This document shows, one piece after another, positions 1 to 12,100 of a stretch of 16,229 nucleotides of DNA. The position numbers were made by a program, and so were the translations under genes. Every line of letters begins with the position of its first letter. Within the stretch, counting starts at the first letter, position 1. The DNA lies in assembly GCA_002189035.1 (NCBI GenBank), contig NEEC01000291.1, positions 1 through 16,229 on the forward strand, written 5' to 3'. The notes beneath the pieces are model-generated. The model was not told the DNA's origin and did no database searches. It worked only from the letters and a program-made list of their open reading frames with translations. This DNA is from Utricularia gibba (taxonomy: Eukaryota > Plantae > Magnoliophyta).

Positions 1-3000
1 GATTCTGTATGGCTCATGAGGTCAACCGGATGCAAATCGATTAAAAAAAATGATGCATTTGTTTAAATTGCGATATCACGTGCACCCACATGATTTTTTC
101 AACAACTTACTTTATACTTGGGGAGGCGGTCTTGGGTGCACTTGGAACGGGACAAAGGTAAGGTTTGGCTTGCGCCGAGAGTTAGTTGTAGCCCGACAAA
201 TAAAGTGATGTATTTATTATCGTTCGGTTTTCGGGGGCTGCCTACATGGTTTTTCAAGGAACCGCTTCTCGTTTTGTGGCGGCCAGTCTCGCTGGGAACT
301 TGGTCCTTGACCCGATTCTGTATGGCTCATGAGGTCAACCGGATGCAAATCGATTAAAAAAAATGATGCATTTGTTTAAATTGCGATATCACGTGCACCC
401 CACATGATTTTTTCAACAACTTACTTTATACTTGACGGTCTTGGGTGCAGCCTGGAACGGGACAAAGGTAAGGTTTGGCTTGCGCCGAGAGTTAGTTGTA
501 GCCCGACAAATAAAGTGATGTATTTATTATCGTTCGGTTTTCGGGGCTGCCTACATGGTTTTTCAAGGAACCGCTTCTCGTTTTGTGGCGGCCAGTCTCG
601 CTGGGAACTTGGTCCTTGACCCGATTCTGTATGGCTCATGAGGTCAACCGGATGCAAATCGATTAAAAAAATGATGCATTTGTTTAAATTGCGATATCAC
701 GTGCACCCACATGATTTTTTTCAACAACTTACTTTATACTTGAGGAGGCGGTCTTGGGGTGCAGCTGAACGGGACAAAGGTAAGGTTTGGCTTGCGCCGA
801 GAGTTAGTTGTAGCCCGGCAAATAAAGTGATGTATTTATTATCGTTCGGTTTTCGGGGCTGCCTACATGGTTTTTCAAGGAACCGCTTCTCGTTTTGTGG
901 CGGCCAGTCTCGCTGGGAACTTGGTCCTTGACCCGATTCTGTATGGCTCATGAGGTCAACCGGATGCAAATCGATTAAAAAAAATGATGCATTTGTTTAA
1001 ATTGCGATATCACGTGCACCCCACATGATTTTTTCAACAACTTACTTTATACTTGAGGAGGCGGTCTGGGTGCAAACGGGACAAAGGTAAGGTTTGGCTT
1101 GCGCCGAGAGTTAGTTGTAGCCCAAATAAAGTGATGTATTTATTATCGTTCGGTTTTCGGGGGCTGCCTACATGGTTTTTCAAGGAACCGCTTCTCGTTT
1201 GTGGCGCCAGTCTCGCTGGGAACTTGGTCCTTGACCCCGATTCTGTATGGCTCATGAGGTCAACCGGATGGAAAATCGATTAAAAAAAATGATGCATTTG
1301 TTTAAATTGCGATATCATGTGCACCCCACATGATTTTTTTCAACAACTTACTTTATACTTGAGGAGGCGGTCTTGGGGTGCAGCTGGAACGGGACAAAGG
1401 TAAGGTTTGGCTTGCGCGAGAGTTAGTTGTAGCCCGGCAAATAAAGTGATGTATTATTATCGTTCGGTTTTCGGGGCTGCCTACATGGTTTTCAAGGAAC
1501 CGCTTCTCGTTTTGTGGCGCCAGTCTCGGGGAACTTGGTCCTTGACCCCGATTCTGTATGGCTCATGAGGTCAACCGGATGCAAATCGATTAAAAAAAAT
1601 GATGCATTTGTTTAAATTGCGATATCACGTGCACCCCACATGATTTTTTCAACAACTTACTTTATACTTGAGGAGGCGGTCTTGGGTGCACCTGAACGGG
1701 ACAAAGGTAAGGTTTGGCTTGCGCCGAGAGTTAGTTGTAGCCCGACAAATAAAGTGATGTATTTTTATCGTTCGGTTTTCGGGGGCTGCCTACATGGTTT
1801 TTTCAAGGAACCGCTTCTCGTTTTGTGGCGGCCAGTCTCGCTGGGAACTTGGTCCTTGACCCCGATTCTGTATGGCTCATGAGGTCAACCGATGCAAATC
1901 GATTAAAAAAAATGATGCATTTGTTTAAATTGCGATATCATGTGCACCCCACATGATTTTTTCAACAACTTACTTTATACTTGGGAGGCGGTCTTGGGGC
2001 ACTGGAACGGGACAAAGGTAAGGTTTGGCTTGCGCCGAGAGTTAGTTGTAGCCCGACAAATAAAGTGATGTATTTATTATCGTTCGGTTTCGGGGCTGCC
2101 TACATGGTTTTTCAAGGAACGCTTCTCGTTTTGTGGCGGCCAGTCTCGCTGGGAACTTGGTCCTTGACCCCGATTCTGTATGGCTCATGAGGTCAACCGA
2201 TGCAAATCGATTAAAAAAAATGATGCATTTGTTTAAATTGCGATATCACGTGCACCCCACATGATTTTTTTCAACAACTTACTTTATACTTGAGGAGGCG
2301 TCTTGGGGTGCACTTGAACGGGACAAAGGTAAGGTTTGGCTTGCGAGTTAGTTGTAGCCCGACAAATAAAGTGATGTATTTATTATCGTTCGTTTCGGGG
2401 CTGCCTACATGGTTTTTCAAGGAACCGCTTCTCGTTTTGTGGCGCCAGTCTCGCTGGGAACTTGGTCCTTGACCCCGATTCTGTATGGCTCATGAGGTCA
2501 ACCGGATGCAAATCGATTAAAAAAATGATGCATTTGTTTAAATTGCGATATCACGTGCACCCCACATGATTTTTCAACAACTTACTTTATACTTGAAGGC
2601 GGTCTTGGGGTGCACTGGAACGGGACAAAGGTAAGGTTTGGCTTGCGCGAGAGTTAGTTGTAGCCCGACAAATAAAGTGATGTATTTATTATCGTTCGGT
2701 TTTCGGGGCTGCCTACATGGTTTTTCAAGGAACCGCTTCTCGTTTTGTGGCGGCCAGTCTCGCTGGGAACTTGGTCCTTGACCCCGATTCTGTATGGCTC
2801 ATGAGGTCAACCGGATGCAAATCGATTAAAAAAAATGATGCATTTGTTTAAATTGCGATATCACGTGCACCCCACATGATTTTTTCAACAACTTACTTTA
2901 TACTTGAGGAGGCGGTCTTGGGGTGCACTGAACGGACAAAGGTAAGGTTTGGCTTGCGCCGAGAGTTAGTTGTAGCCCGACAAAAAAGTGATGTATTTAT

Positions 3001-6000
3001 ATCGTTCGGTTTTCGGGGCTGCCTACATGGTTTTTCAAGGAACCGCTTCTCGTTTTGTGGCGGCCAGTCTCGCTGGGAACTTGGTCCTTGACCCCGATTC
3101 TGTATGGCTCATGAGGTCAACCGGATGCAAATCGATTAAAAAAAATGATGCATTTGTTTAAATTGCGATATCACGTGCACCCCACATGATTTTTTCAACA
3201 ACTTACTTTATACTTGAGGAGGCGGTCTTGGGGTGCACTGGAACGGGACAAAGGTAAGGTTTGGCTTGCGCGAGAGTTAGTTGTAGCCCGACAAAAAGTG
3301 ATATTTTTTATCGTTCGGTTTTCGGGGCTGCCTACATGGTTTTTCAAGGACCGCTTCTCGTTTTGTGGCGCCAGTCTCGCTGGGAACTTGGTCCTTGACC
3401 CGATTCTGTATGGCTCATGAGGTCAACCGGATGCAAATCGATTAAAAAAATGATGCATTTGTTTAAATTGCGATATCACGTGCACCCCACATGATTTTTT
3501 CAACAACTTACTTTATACTTGAGGAGGCGGTCTTGGGTGCAAACGGGACAAAGGTAAGGTTTGGCTTGCGCCGAGAGTTAGTTGTAGCCCGGCAAATAAA
3601 GTGATGTATTTTTATCGTTCGGTTTTCGGGGGCTGCCTACATGGTTTTTCAAGGAACCTTCTCGTTTTGTGGCGGCCAGTCTCGCTGGGAACTTGGTCCT
3701 TGACCCCGATTCTGTATGGCTCATGAGGTCAACCGGATGCAAATCGATTAAAAAAAATGATGCATTTGTTTAAATTGCGATATCACGTGCACCCCACATG
3801 ATTTTTTCAACAACTTACTTTATACTTGAGGAGGCGGTCTTGGGTGCACTGGAACGGGACAAAGGTAAGGTTTGGCTTGCGCCGAGAGTTAGTTGTAGCC
3901 CGACAAATAAAGTGATGTATTTATTATCGTTCGGTTTTCGGGGGCTGCCTACATGGTTTTTCAAGGAACCGCTTCTCGTTTTGTGGCGCCAGTCTCGCTG
4001 GGAACTTGGTCCTTGACCCCGATTCTGTATGGCTCATGAGGTCAACCGGATGCAAATCGATTAAAAAAAATGATGCATTTGTTTAAATTGCGATATCACG
4101 TGCACCCCACATGATTTTTTCAACAACTTACTTTATACTTGAGGAGGCGGTCTTGGGTGCACCTGAACGGGACAAAGGTAAGGTTTGGCTTGCGCCGAGA
4201 GTTAGTTGTAGCCCGACAAATAAAGTGATGTATTTATCGTTCGGTTTTCGGGGCTGCCTACATGGTTTTTCAAGGAACCGCTTCTCGTTTTGTGGCGGCC
4301 AGTCTCGCTGGGAACTTGGTCCTTGACCCCGATTCTGTATGGCTCATGAGGTCAACCGGATGCAAATCGATTAAAAAAAATGATGCATTTGTTTAAATTG
4401 CGATATCACGTGCACCCCACATGATTTTTTCAACAACTTACTTTACTTGAGGAGGCGGTCTTGGGGTGCACACGGGACAAAGGTAAGGTTTGGCTTGCGC
4501 CGAGAGTTAGTTGTAGCGTGATGTATTTATTATCGTTCGGTTTTCGGGCTGCCTACATGGTTTTCAAGGAACCGCTTCTCGTTTTGTGCGGCCAGTCTCG
4601 CTGGGAGGTCCTTGACCCCGATTCTGTATGGCTCATGAGGTCAACCGATTAAAAAAAATGATGCATTTGTTTAAATTGCGATCGTTGATTTTTCAACAAC
4701 TTACTTTATACTTGAGGAGGCGGTCTTGGGTGCAGCTGGAACGGACAAAGGTAAGGTTTGGCTTGCGCGAGAGTTAGTTGTAGCCCGCAAATAAAGTGAT
4801 GTATTTATTATCGTTCGGTTTTCGGGGCTGCCTACATGGTTTTTCAAGGAACCGCTTCTCGTTTTGTGGCGGCCAGTCTCGCTGGGAACTTGGTCCTTGA
4901 CCCCGATTCTGTATGGCTCATGAGGTCAACCGGATGCAAATCGATTAAAAAAAATGATGCATTTGTTTAAATTGCGATATCATGTGCACCCCACATGATT
5001 TTTTCAACAACTTACTTTATACTTGAGGAGGCGGTCTTTGGGTGCACTGGAACGGGACAAAGGTAAGGTTTGGCTTGCGCCGAGAGTTAGTTGTAGCTAA
5101 AGTGATGTATTTATTATCGTTCGGTTTTCGGGGCTGCCTACATGGTTTTTCAAGGAACCGCTTCTCGTTTTGTGGCGGCCAGTCTCGCTGGGAACTTGGT
5201 CCTTGACCCCGATTCTGTATGGCTCATGAGGTCAACCGGATGCAAATCGATTAAAAAAAATGATGCATTTGTTTAAATTGCGATATCACGTGCACCCACA
5301 TGATTTTTTCAACAACTTACTTTATACTTGAGGAGGCGGTCTTGGGTGCATGAACGGGACAAAGGTAAGGTTTGGCTTGCGCCGAGAGTTAGTTGTAGCC
5401 GACAAATAAAGTGATGTATTTATTATCGTTCGGTTTTCGGGGCTGCCTACATGGTTTTTCAAGGAACCGCTTCTCGTTTTGTGGCGGCCAGTCTCGCTGG
5501 GAACTTGGTCCTTGACCCCGATTCTGTATGGCTCATGAGGTCAACCGGATGCAAATCGATTAAAAAAAATGATGCATTTGTTTAAATTGCGATATCACGT
5601 GCACCCCACATGATTTTTTCAACAACTTACTTTATACTTGAGGAGGCGGTCTTGGGTGCAAACGGGACAAAGGTAAGGTTTGGCTTGCGCCGAGAGTTAG
5701 TTGTAGCCCGACAAATAAAGTGATGTATTTATTATCGTTCGGTTTTCGGGGCTGCCTACATGGTTTTTCAAGGAACGCTTCTCGTTTTGTGGCGGCCAGT
5801 CTCGCTGGGAACTTGGTCCTTGACCCCGATTCTGTATGGCTCATGAGGTCAACCGGATGCAAATCGATTAAAAAAAATGATGCATTTGTTTAAATTGCGA
5901 TATCACGTGCACCCCACATGATTTTTTCAACAACTTACTTTATACTTGAGGAGGCGGTCTTGGGGTGCACCTGAACGGGACAAAGGTAAGGTTTGGCTTG

Positions 6001-6269
6001 CGCCGAGAGTTAGTTGTAGCCCAAATAAAGTGATGTATTTATTATCGTTCGGTTTTCGGGGCTGCCTACATGGTTTTTCAAGGAACCGCTTCTCGTTTTG
6101 TGGCGGCCAGTCTCGCTGGGAACTTGGTCCTTGACCCCGATTCTGTATGGCTCATGAGGTCAACCGGATGCAAATCGATTAAAAAAATGATGCATTTGTT
6201 TAAATTGCGATATCACGTGCACCCCACATGATTTTTTCAACAACTTACTTTATACTTGAGGAGGCGGTC

Positions 6270-9200
6270 TTGGGTGTGCGGGACAAAGGTAAGGTTTGGC
6301 TGCGAGAGTTAGTTGTAGCGTGATGTATTTATTATCACATGGTTTTTCAAGGAACCGCTTCTCGTTTTGTGGCGGCCAGTCTCGCTGGGAACTTGGTTTG
6401 ACCCCGATTCTTATGGCTCATGAGGTCAACCGGATGACAAACGGGACAAAGGTAAAGAGTTAGTTGTATAAAGTGATGTATTTATCGTTCGGTTTTCGGG
6501 GGCTGCCTACATGGTTTTTCAAGGAACCGCTTCTCGTTTTGTGGCGGCCAGTCTCGCTGGGAACTTGGTCCTTGACCCCGATTCTGTATGGCTCATGAGG
6601 TCAACCGGATGCAAATCGATTAAAAAAAATGATGCATTTGTTTAAATTGCGATATCACGTGCACCCCACATGATTTTTTCAACAACTTACTTTATACTTG
6701 AGGAGGCGGGGTGCACTGGAACGGGACAAAGGTAAGGTTTGGCTTGCGCCGAGAGTTAGTTGTAGCCCAAATAAAGTGATGTATTTATTATCGTTAGGTT
6801 GTAGGCCGCGGCACCCCGAAGTCATGAGGTCAACCGGATGCAAATCGATTAAAAAAAATGATGCATTTGTTTAAATTGCGATATCATATGTTTTCGAGGG
6901 GCTGCTTGCGCCGAGAGTTAGTTGTAGCATGGTTTTTCACAGGAACCGCTTCTCGTTTTGTGGCGGCCAGTCTCGCTGGGAACTTGGTCCTTGACCCCGA
7001 TTCTGTATGGCTCATGAGGTCAACCGGATGCAAATCGATTAAAAAAAATGATGCATTTGTTTAAATTGCGATATCACGTGCACCCCACATGATTTTTTCA
7101 ACAACTTACTTTATACTTGAGGAGGCGGTCTTGGGTGCAGAACGGGACAAAGGTAAGGTTTGGCTTGCGCCGAGAGTTAGTTGTAACGATTCGTTTTTCG
7201 ACAAAGGAACCGCTTCTCGTTTTGTGGCGGCCAGTCTCGCTGGGAACTTGGTCCTTGACCCCGATTCTGTATGGCTCATGAGGTCAACCGGATGCAAATC
7301 GATTAAAAAAAATGATGCATTTGTTTAAATTGCGATATCACGTGCACCCCACATGATTTTTTTCAAGTGATTGTATTTAGAGTTATAAGGTTTGGCTAGA
7401 GTTAGTTGTAGCCCAAATAAAGTGATGTATTTATTATCGTTCGGTTTTCGGGGCTGCCTACATGGTTTTTCAAGGAACCGCTTCTCGTTTTGTGGCGGCC
7501 AGTCTCGCTGGGAACTTGGTCCTTGACCCCGATTCTGTATGGCTCATGAGGTCAACCGGATGCAAATCGATTAAAAAAAATGATGCATTTGTTTAAATTG
7601 CGATATCACGTGCACCCCACATGATTTTTTCAACAACTTACTTTATACTTGAGGAGGCGGTCTTTTTAAGGTTTGGCAGACCCGGCAAATAAAGTGATGT
7701 ATTTATTATCGTTCGGTTTTCGGGGGCTGCCTACATGGTTTTTCAAGGAACCGCTTCTCGTTTTGTGGCGGCCAGTCTCGCTGGGAACTTGGTCCTTGAC
7801 CCCGATTCTGTATGGCTCATGAGGTCAACCGGATGCAAATCGATTAAAAAAAATGATGCATTTGTTTAAATTGCGATATCACGTGCACCCCACATGATTT
7901 TTTCAACAACTTACTTTATACTTGAGGAGGCGGTCTTGGGTGCACAACGGACAAAGGTAAGGTTTGGCTTGCGCCGAGAGTTAGTTGTAGCCCGACAAAT
8001 AAAGTGATGTATTTATTATCGTTCGGTTTTCGGGGGCTGCCTACATGGTTTTTCAAGGAACGCTTCTCGGTTTTGTGGCTCATGAGGTCAACCGGATGCA
8101 AATCGATTAAAAAAAATGATGCATTTGTTTAAATTGCGATATCACGTGCACCCCACATGAACTTGGTCCTTGACCCCGATTCTGTATGGCTCATTCTGTA
8201 TGGCTCATGAGGTCAACCGGATGCAAATCGATTAAAAAAAATGATGCATTTGTTTAAATTGCGATATCATGTGCACCCCACATGATTTTTTCAACAACTT
8301 ACTTTATACTTGAGGAGGCGGTCTTGGGGTGCACTGGAACGGGACAAAGGTAAGGTTTGGCTTGCGCGAGAGTTAGTTGTAGCACACCAACCAGTCTCGC
8401 TGGGAACTTGGTCCTTGATTCTGTATGGCTCATGAGGTCAACCGGATGCAAATCGATTAAAAAAATGATGCATTTGTTTAAATTGCGATATCACGTGCAC
8501 CCCACATGATTTTTTCAACAACTTACTTTATACTTGAGAGGCGGTCACAACGGGACAAAGGTAAGGTTTGGCTTGTTAGTTGTAGCAAATAAAGTGATGT
8601 ATTATTATCGTTCGGTTTTCGGGGTGCCTACATGAGGACAAAGGTCCCGACTGTGGCTTGAATAAAGATGATGCAGTTGTATTACCGGAGGAGGCGGTCT
8701 TGGGGTGCACTGGTGAGCTGCGTTCGGTTTTCGGGGGCTACATGGTTTTTCAAGGAACCGCTTCTCGTTTTGTGCGGCCAGTCTCGCTGGGAACTTGGTC
8801 CTTGATTCTGTATGGCTCATGAGGTCAACCGATGCAAATCGATTAAAAAAAATGATGCATTTGTTTAAATTGCGATATCACGTGCACCCCACATGATTTT
8901 TTCAACAACTTACTTTATACTTGAGGAGGCGGTGGGTGCACTGGAACGGGACAAAGGTAAGGTTTGGCTTGCAAGCAACTTACTGGTTATAGTCTCGCTG
9001 GGAACTTGGTCCTTGACCCGATTCTGTATGGCTCATGAGGTCAACGGATGCAAATCGGATGCATTTGTTTAAATTGCGATATCACGCTGGATGCACAAAG
9101 GTAAGGTTTGGCTTGCGCGAGAGTTAGTTGTAGCCCGACAAATAAAGTGATGTATTTATTATCGTTCGGTTTTCGGGGGCCTGGTGCACATGGTTTTTCA

Positions 9201-12100
9201 TTTGAAACCGCTTTAAAAAAAATGATGCATTTGTTTAAATTGCGATATCACGTGCACCCCACATGATTTTTTCAACAACTTACTTTATACTTGAGGAGGC
9301 GGTCTTGGGTGCAGAACTAAGGTTTAGACGAACAAAGGTAAGGTTTGTGGCTCATGAGGTCAACCGGATGCAAATCGATTAAAAAAAATGATGCATATTG
9401 CATAAAGTGATGTATTTACGTGCACATGGTTTTTCAAGGAACCGCTTCTCGTTTTGTGGCGGCCAGTCTCGCTGGGAACTTGGTCCTTGACAACCCGATT
9501 CTGTATGGCTCATGAGGTCAACCGGATGCAAATCGATTAAAAAAAATGTATGCATTTGTTTAAATTGCGATATCACGTGCACCCCACATGATTTTTTCAA
9601 CAACTTACTTATACTTGAGGAGGCGGTCTTGGGTGCACTTTAACTTGATGTATTTATTATCGTTCGGTTTTCGGGGGCTGCCTACATGGTTTTTCAAGGA
9701 ACCGCTTCTCGTTTTGTGCAGGTTTGGCTCGCTGGGAAAGCTTTGGCTTGACGAGATTTTAGTTATAGCCCGGCAAATAAAGGTGATGTAAATTATCGAT
9801 TAAAAAAAATGATGCATTTGTTTAAATTGCGATATCACGTGCACCCCACATGATTTTTTCAACAACTTACTTTATACTTGGGAGGAGTCTTGCGCTGAAC
9901 CGGGACAAAGGTAGTCTCGCTGGGAACTTGGTCCTTGACCCCGATTCTGTATGGCTCATGAGGTCAACCGGATGCAAATCGATTAAAAAAAATGATGCAT
10001 TTGTTTAAATTGCGATATCACGATGCATGTATTTATTATCAGTGCACATGGTTTTTCAAGGAACCGCTTCTCGTTTTGTGGCGGCCAGTCTCGCTGGGAT
10101 ACTCCAACATTGACCGGTGCACCTTGAGGCGGTATAAGGTTTGGCTTGCGCCGTCAACGGAAAAAAAATAAAAAAAATGATTGCATTTGTTTAAATTGCG
10201 ATATCACGTGCACCCCACATGATTTTTTCAACAACTTACTTTATACTTGAGGAGGCGGTCTTGGGTGCACTTGGAGCCCGGAACAAGGAACCGCTTCTCG
10301 TTTTGTGGCGGCCAGTCTCGCTGGGAACTTGGTCCTTGACCCCGATTCTGTATGGCTCATGAGGTCAACCGATGCAAATCGATTAAAAAAAATGATGCAT
10401 TTGTTTAAATTGCGATATCATGTGCAAGACATGTATTTATTCAACGTTTTTTCGGGGGCTGCCTACATGGTTTTTCAAGGAACCGCTTCTCGTTTTGTGG
10501 CAGTCTCGCTGGGAACTTGGTCCTTGACCCCGATTCTGTATGGCTCATGAGGTCAACCGGATTCGATTAAAAAAAATGATGCATTTGTTTAAATTGCGAT
10601 ATCGTGCACCCCACATGATTTTTTCAACAACTTACTTTATACTTGAGGAGGCGGTCTTGGGGTGCACTGGAACGGGACAAAGGTAAGGTTTGGCTTGCGC
10701 GAGAGTTAGTTGTAGCCCCAAATAAAGTGATGTATTTATTTCGTTCGGTTTTCGGGGGCTGCCTACATGGTTTTTCAAGGAACCGCTTCTCGTTTTGTGG
10801 CGGCCAGTCTCGCTGGGAACTTGGTCCTTGACCCCGATTCTGTATGGCTCATGAGGTCAACCGGATGCAAATCGATTAAAAAAATGATGCATTTGTTTAA
10901 ATTGCGATATCACGTGCACCCCACATGATTTTTTCAACAACTTACTTTATACTTGAGGAGGCGGTCTTGGGTGCACTGGAACGGGACAAAGGTAAGGTTT
11001 GGCTTGCGAGAGTTAGTTGTAGCCCAAATAAAGTGATGTATTTATTATCGTTCGGTTTTCGGGGGCTGCCTACATGGTTTTTCAAGGAACCGCTTCTCGT
11101 TTTGTGGCGGCCAGTCTCGCTGGGAACTTGGTCCTTGACCCCGATTCTGTATGGCTCATGAGGTCAACCGGATGCAAATCGATTAAAAAAATGATGCATT
11201 TGTTTAAATTGCGATATCACGTGCACCCCACATGATTTTTTCAACAACTTACTTTATACTTGAGGAGGCGGTCTTGGGGTGCACTGGAACGGGACAAAGG
11301 TAAGGTTTGGCTTGCGCCGAGAGTTAGTTGTAGCCCGACAATGCACCCCACTATTGATTCTGGTCATGAGGTCAACCGGATGCAAATCGATTAAAAAAAT
11401 GATGCATTTGTTTAAATTGCGAGTGCACCCACATGATTTTTTCAACAACTTACTTTATACTTGAGGAGGCGGTCTTGGGGTTCTGAAGGAACCACATGGT
11501 TTTTCAAGGAACCGCTTCTCGTTTTGTGGCGGCCAGTCTCGCTGGGAACTTGGTCCTTGACCCCGATTCTGTATGGCTCATGAGGTCAACCGGATGCAAA
11601 TCGATTAAAAAAAAATGATGCATTTGTTTAAATTGCGATATCACGTGCACCCCACAAGATCTTGGGGTGCAGCTGGAACGGGACAAAGGTAAGGTTTGGC
11701 TTGCGCGAGAGTTAGTTGTAGCCCGGCAAATAAAGTCGTTCGGTTTTCGGGGGCTGCCTACATGGTTTTTCAAGGAACCGCTTCTCGTTTTGTGGCGGTC
11801 TTGAGGAGATTCTGTATGGCTCATGAGGTCAACCGGATGCAAATCGGATGCATTTGTTTAAATTGCGATATGACCCCGGACAAAGGTAAGGTTTGGCTTG
11901 CGCCGAGAGTTAGTTGTAGCCCGACAAATAAAGTGATGTATTTATTATCGTTCGGTTTTCGGGGGCCTGCCTATCAAATTCAAAGAACCGCAAATGATCA
12001 TTTGTTTAAATTGCGATATCACGTGCACCCCACATGATTTTTTCAACAACTTACTTTATACTTGAGGAGGCGGTCTTGGGTGCAGTGGAACGGGACATGG
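6270..12100 (+). other. Zone of truncated, scrambled and mosaic repeat units, probably a low-accuracy read segment
   Basis: Anchor spacings fall to 175, 229, 190, 264, 268, 273, 263, 125, 225, 216 and 158. Short stretches of near-consensus but garbled sequence occur, e.g. 8620-8720, 9700-9790 and 10100-10180. Regular ~310 spacing resumes after ~12180. Confidence 0.75.
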
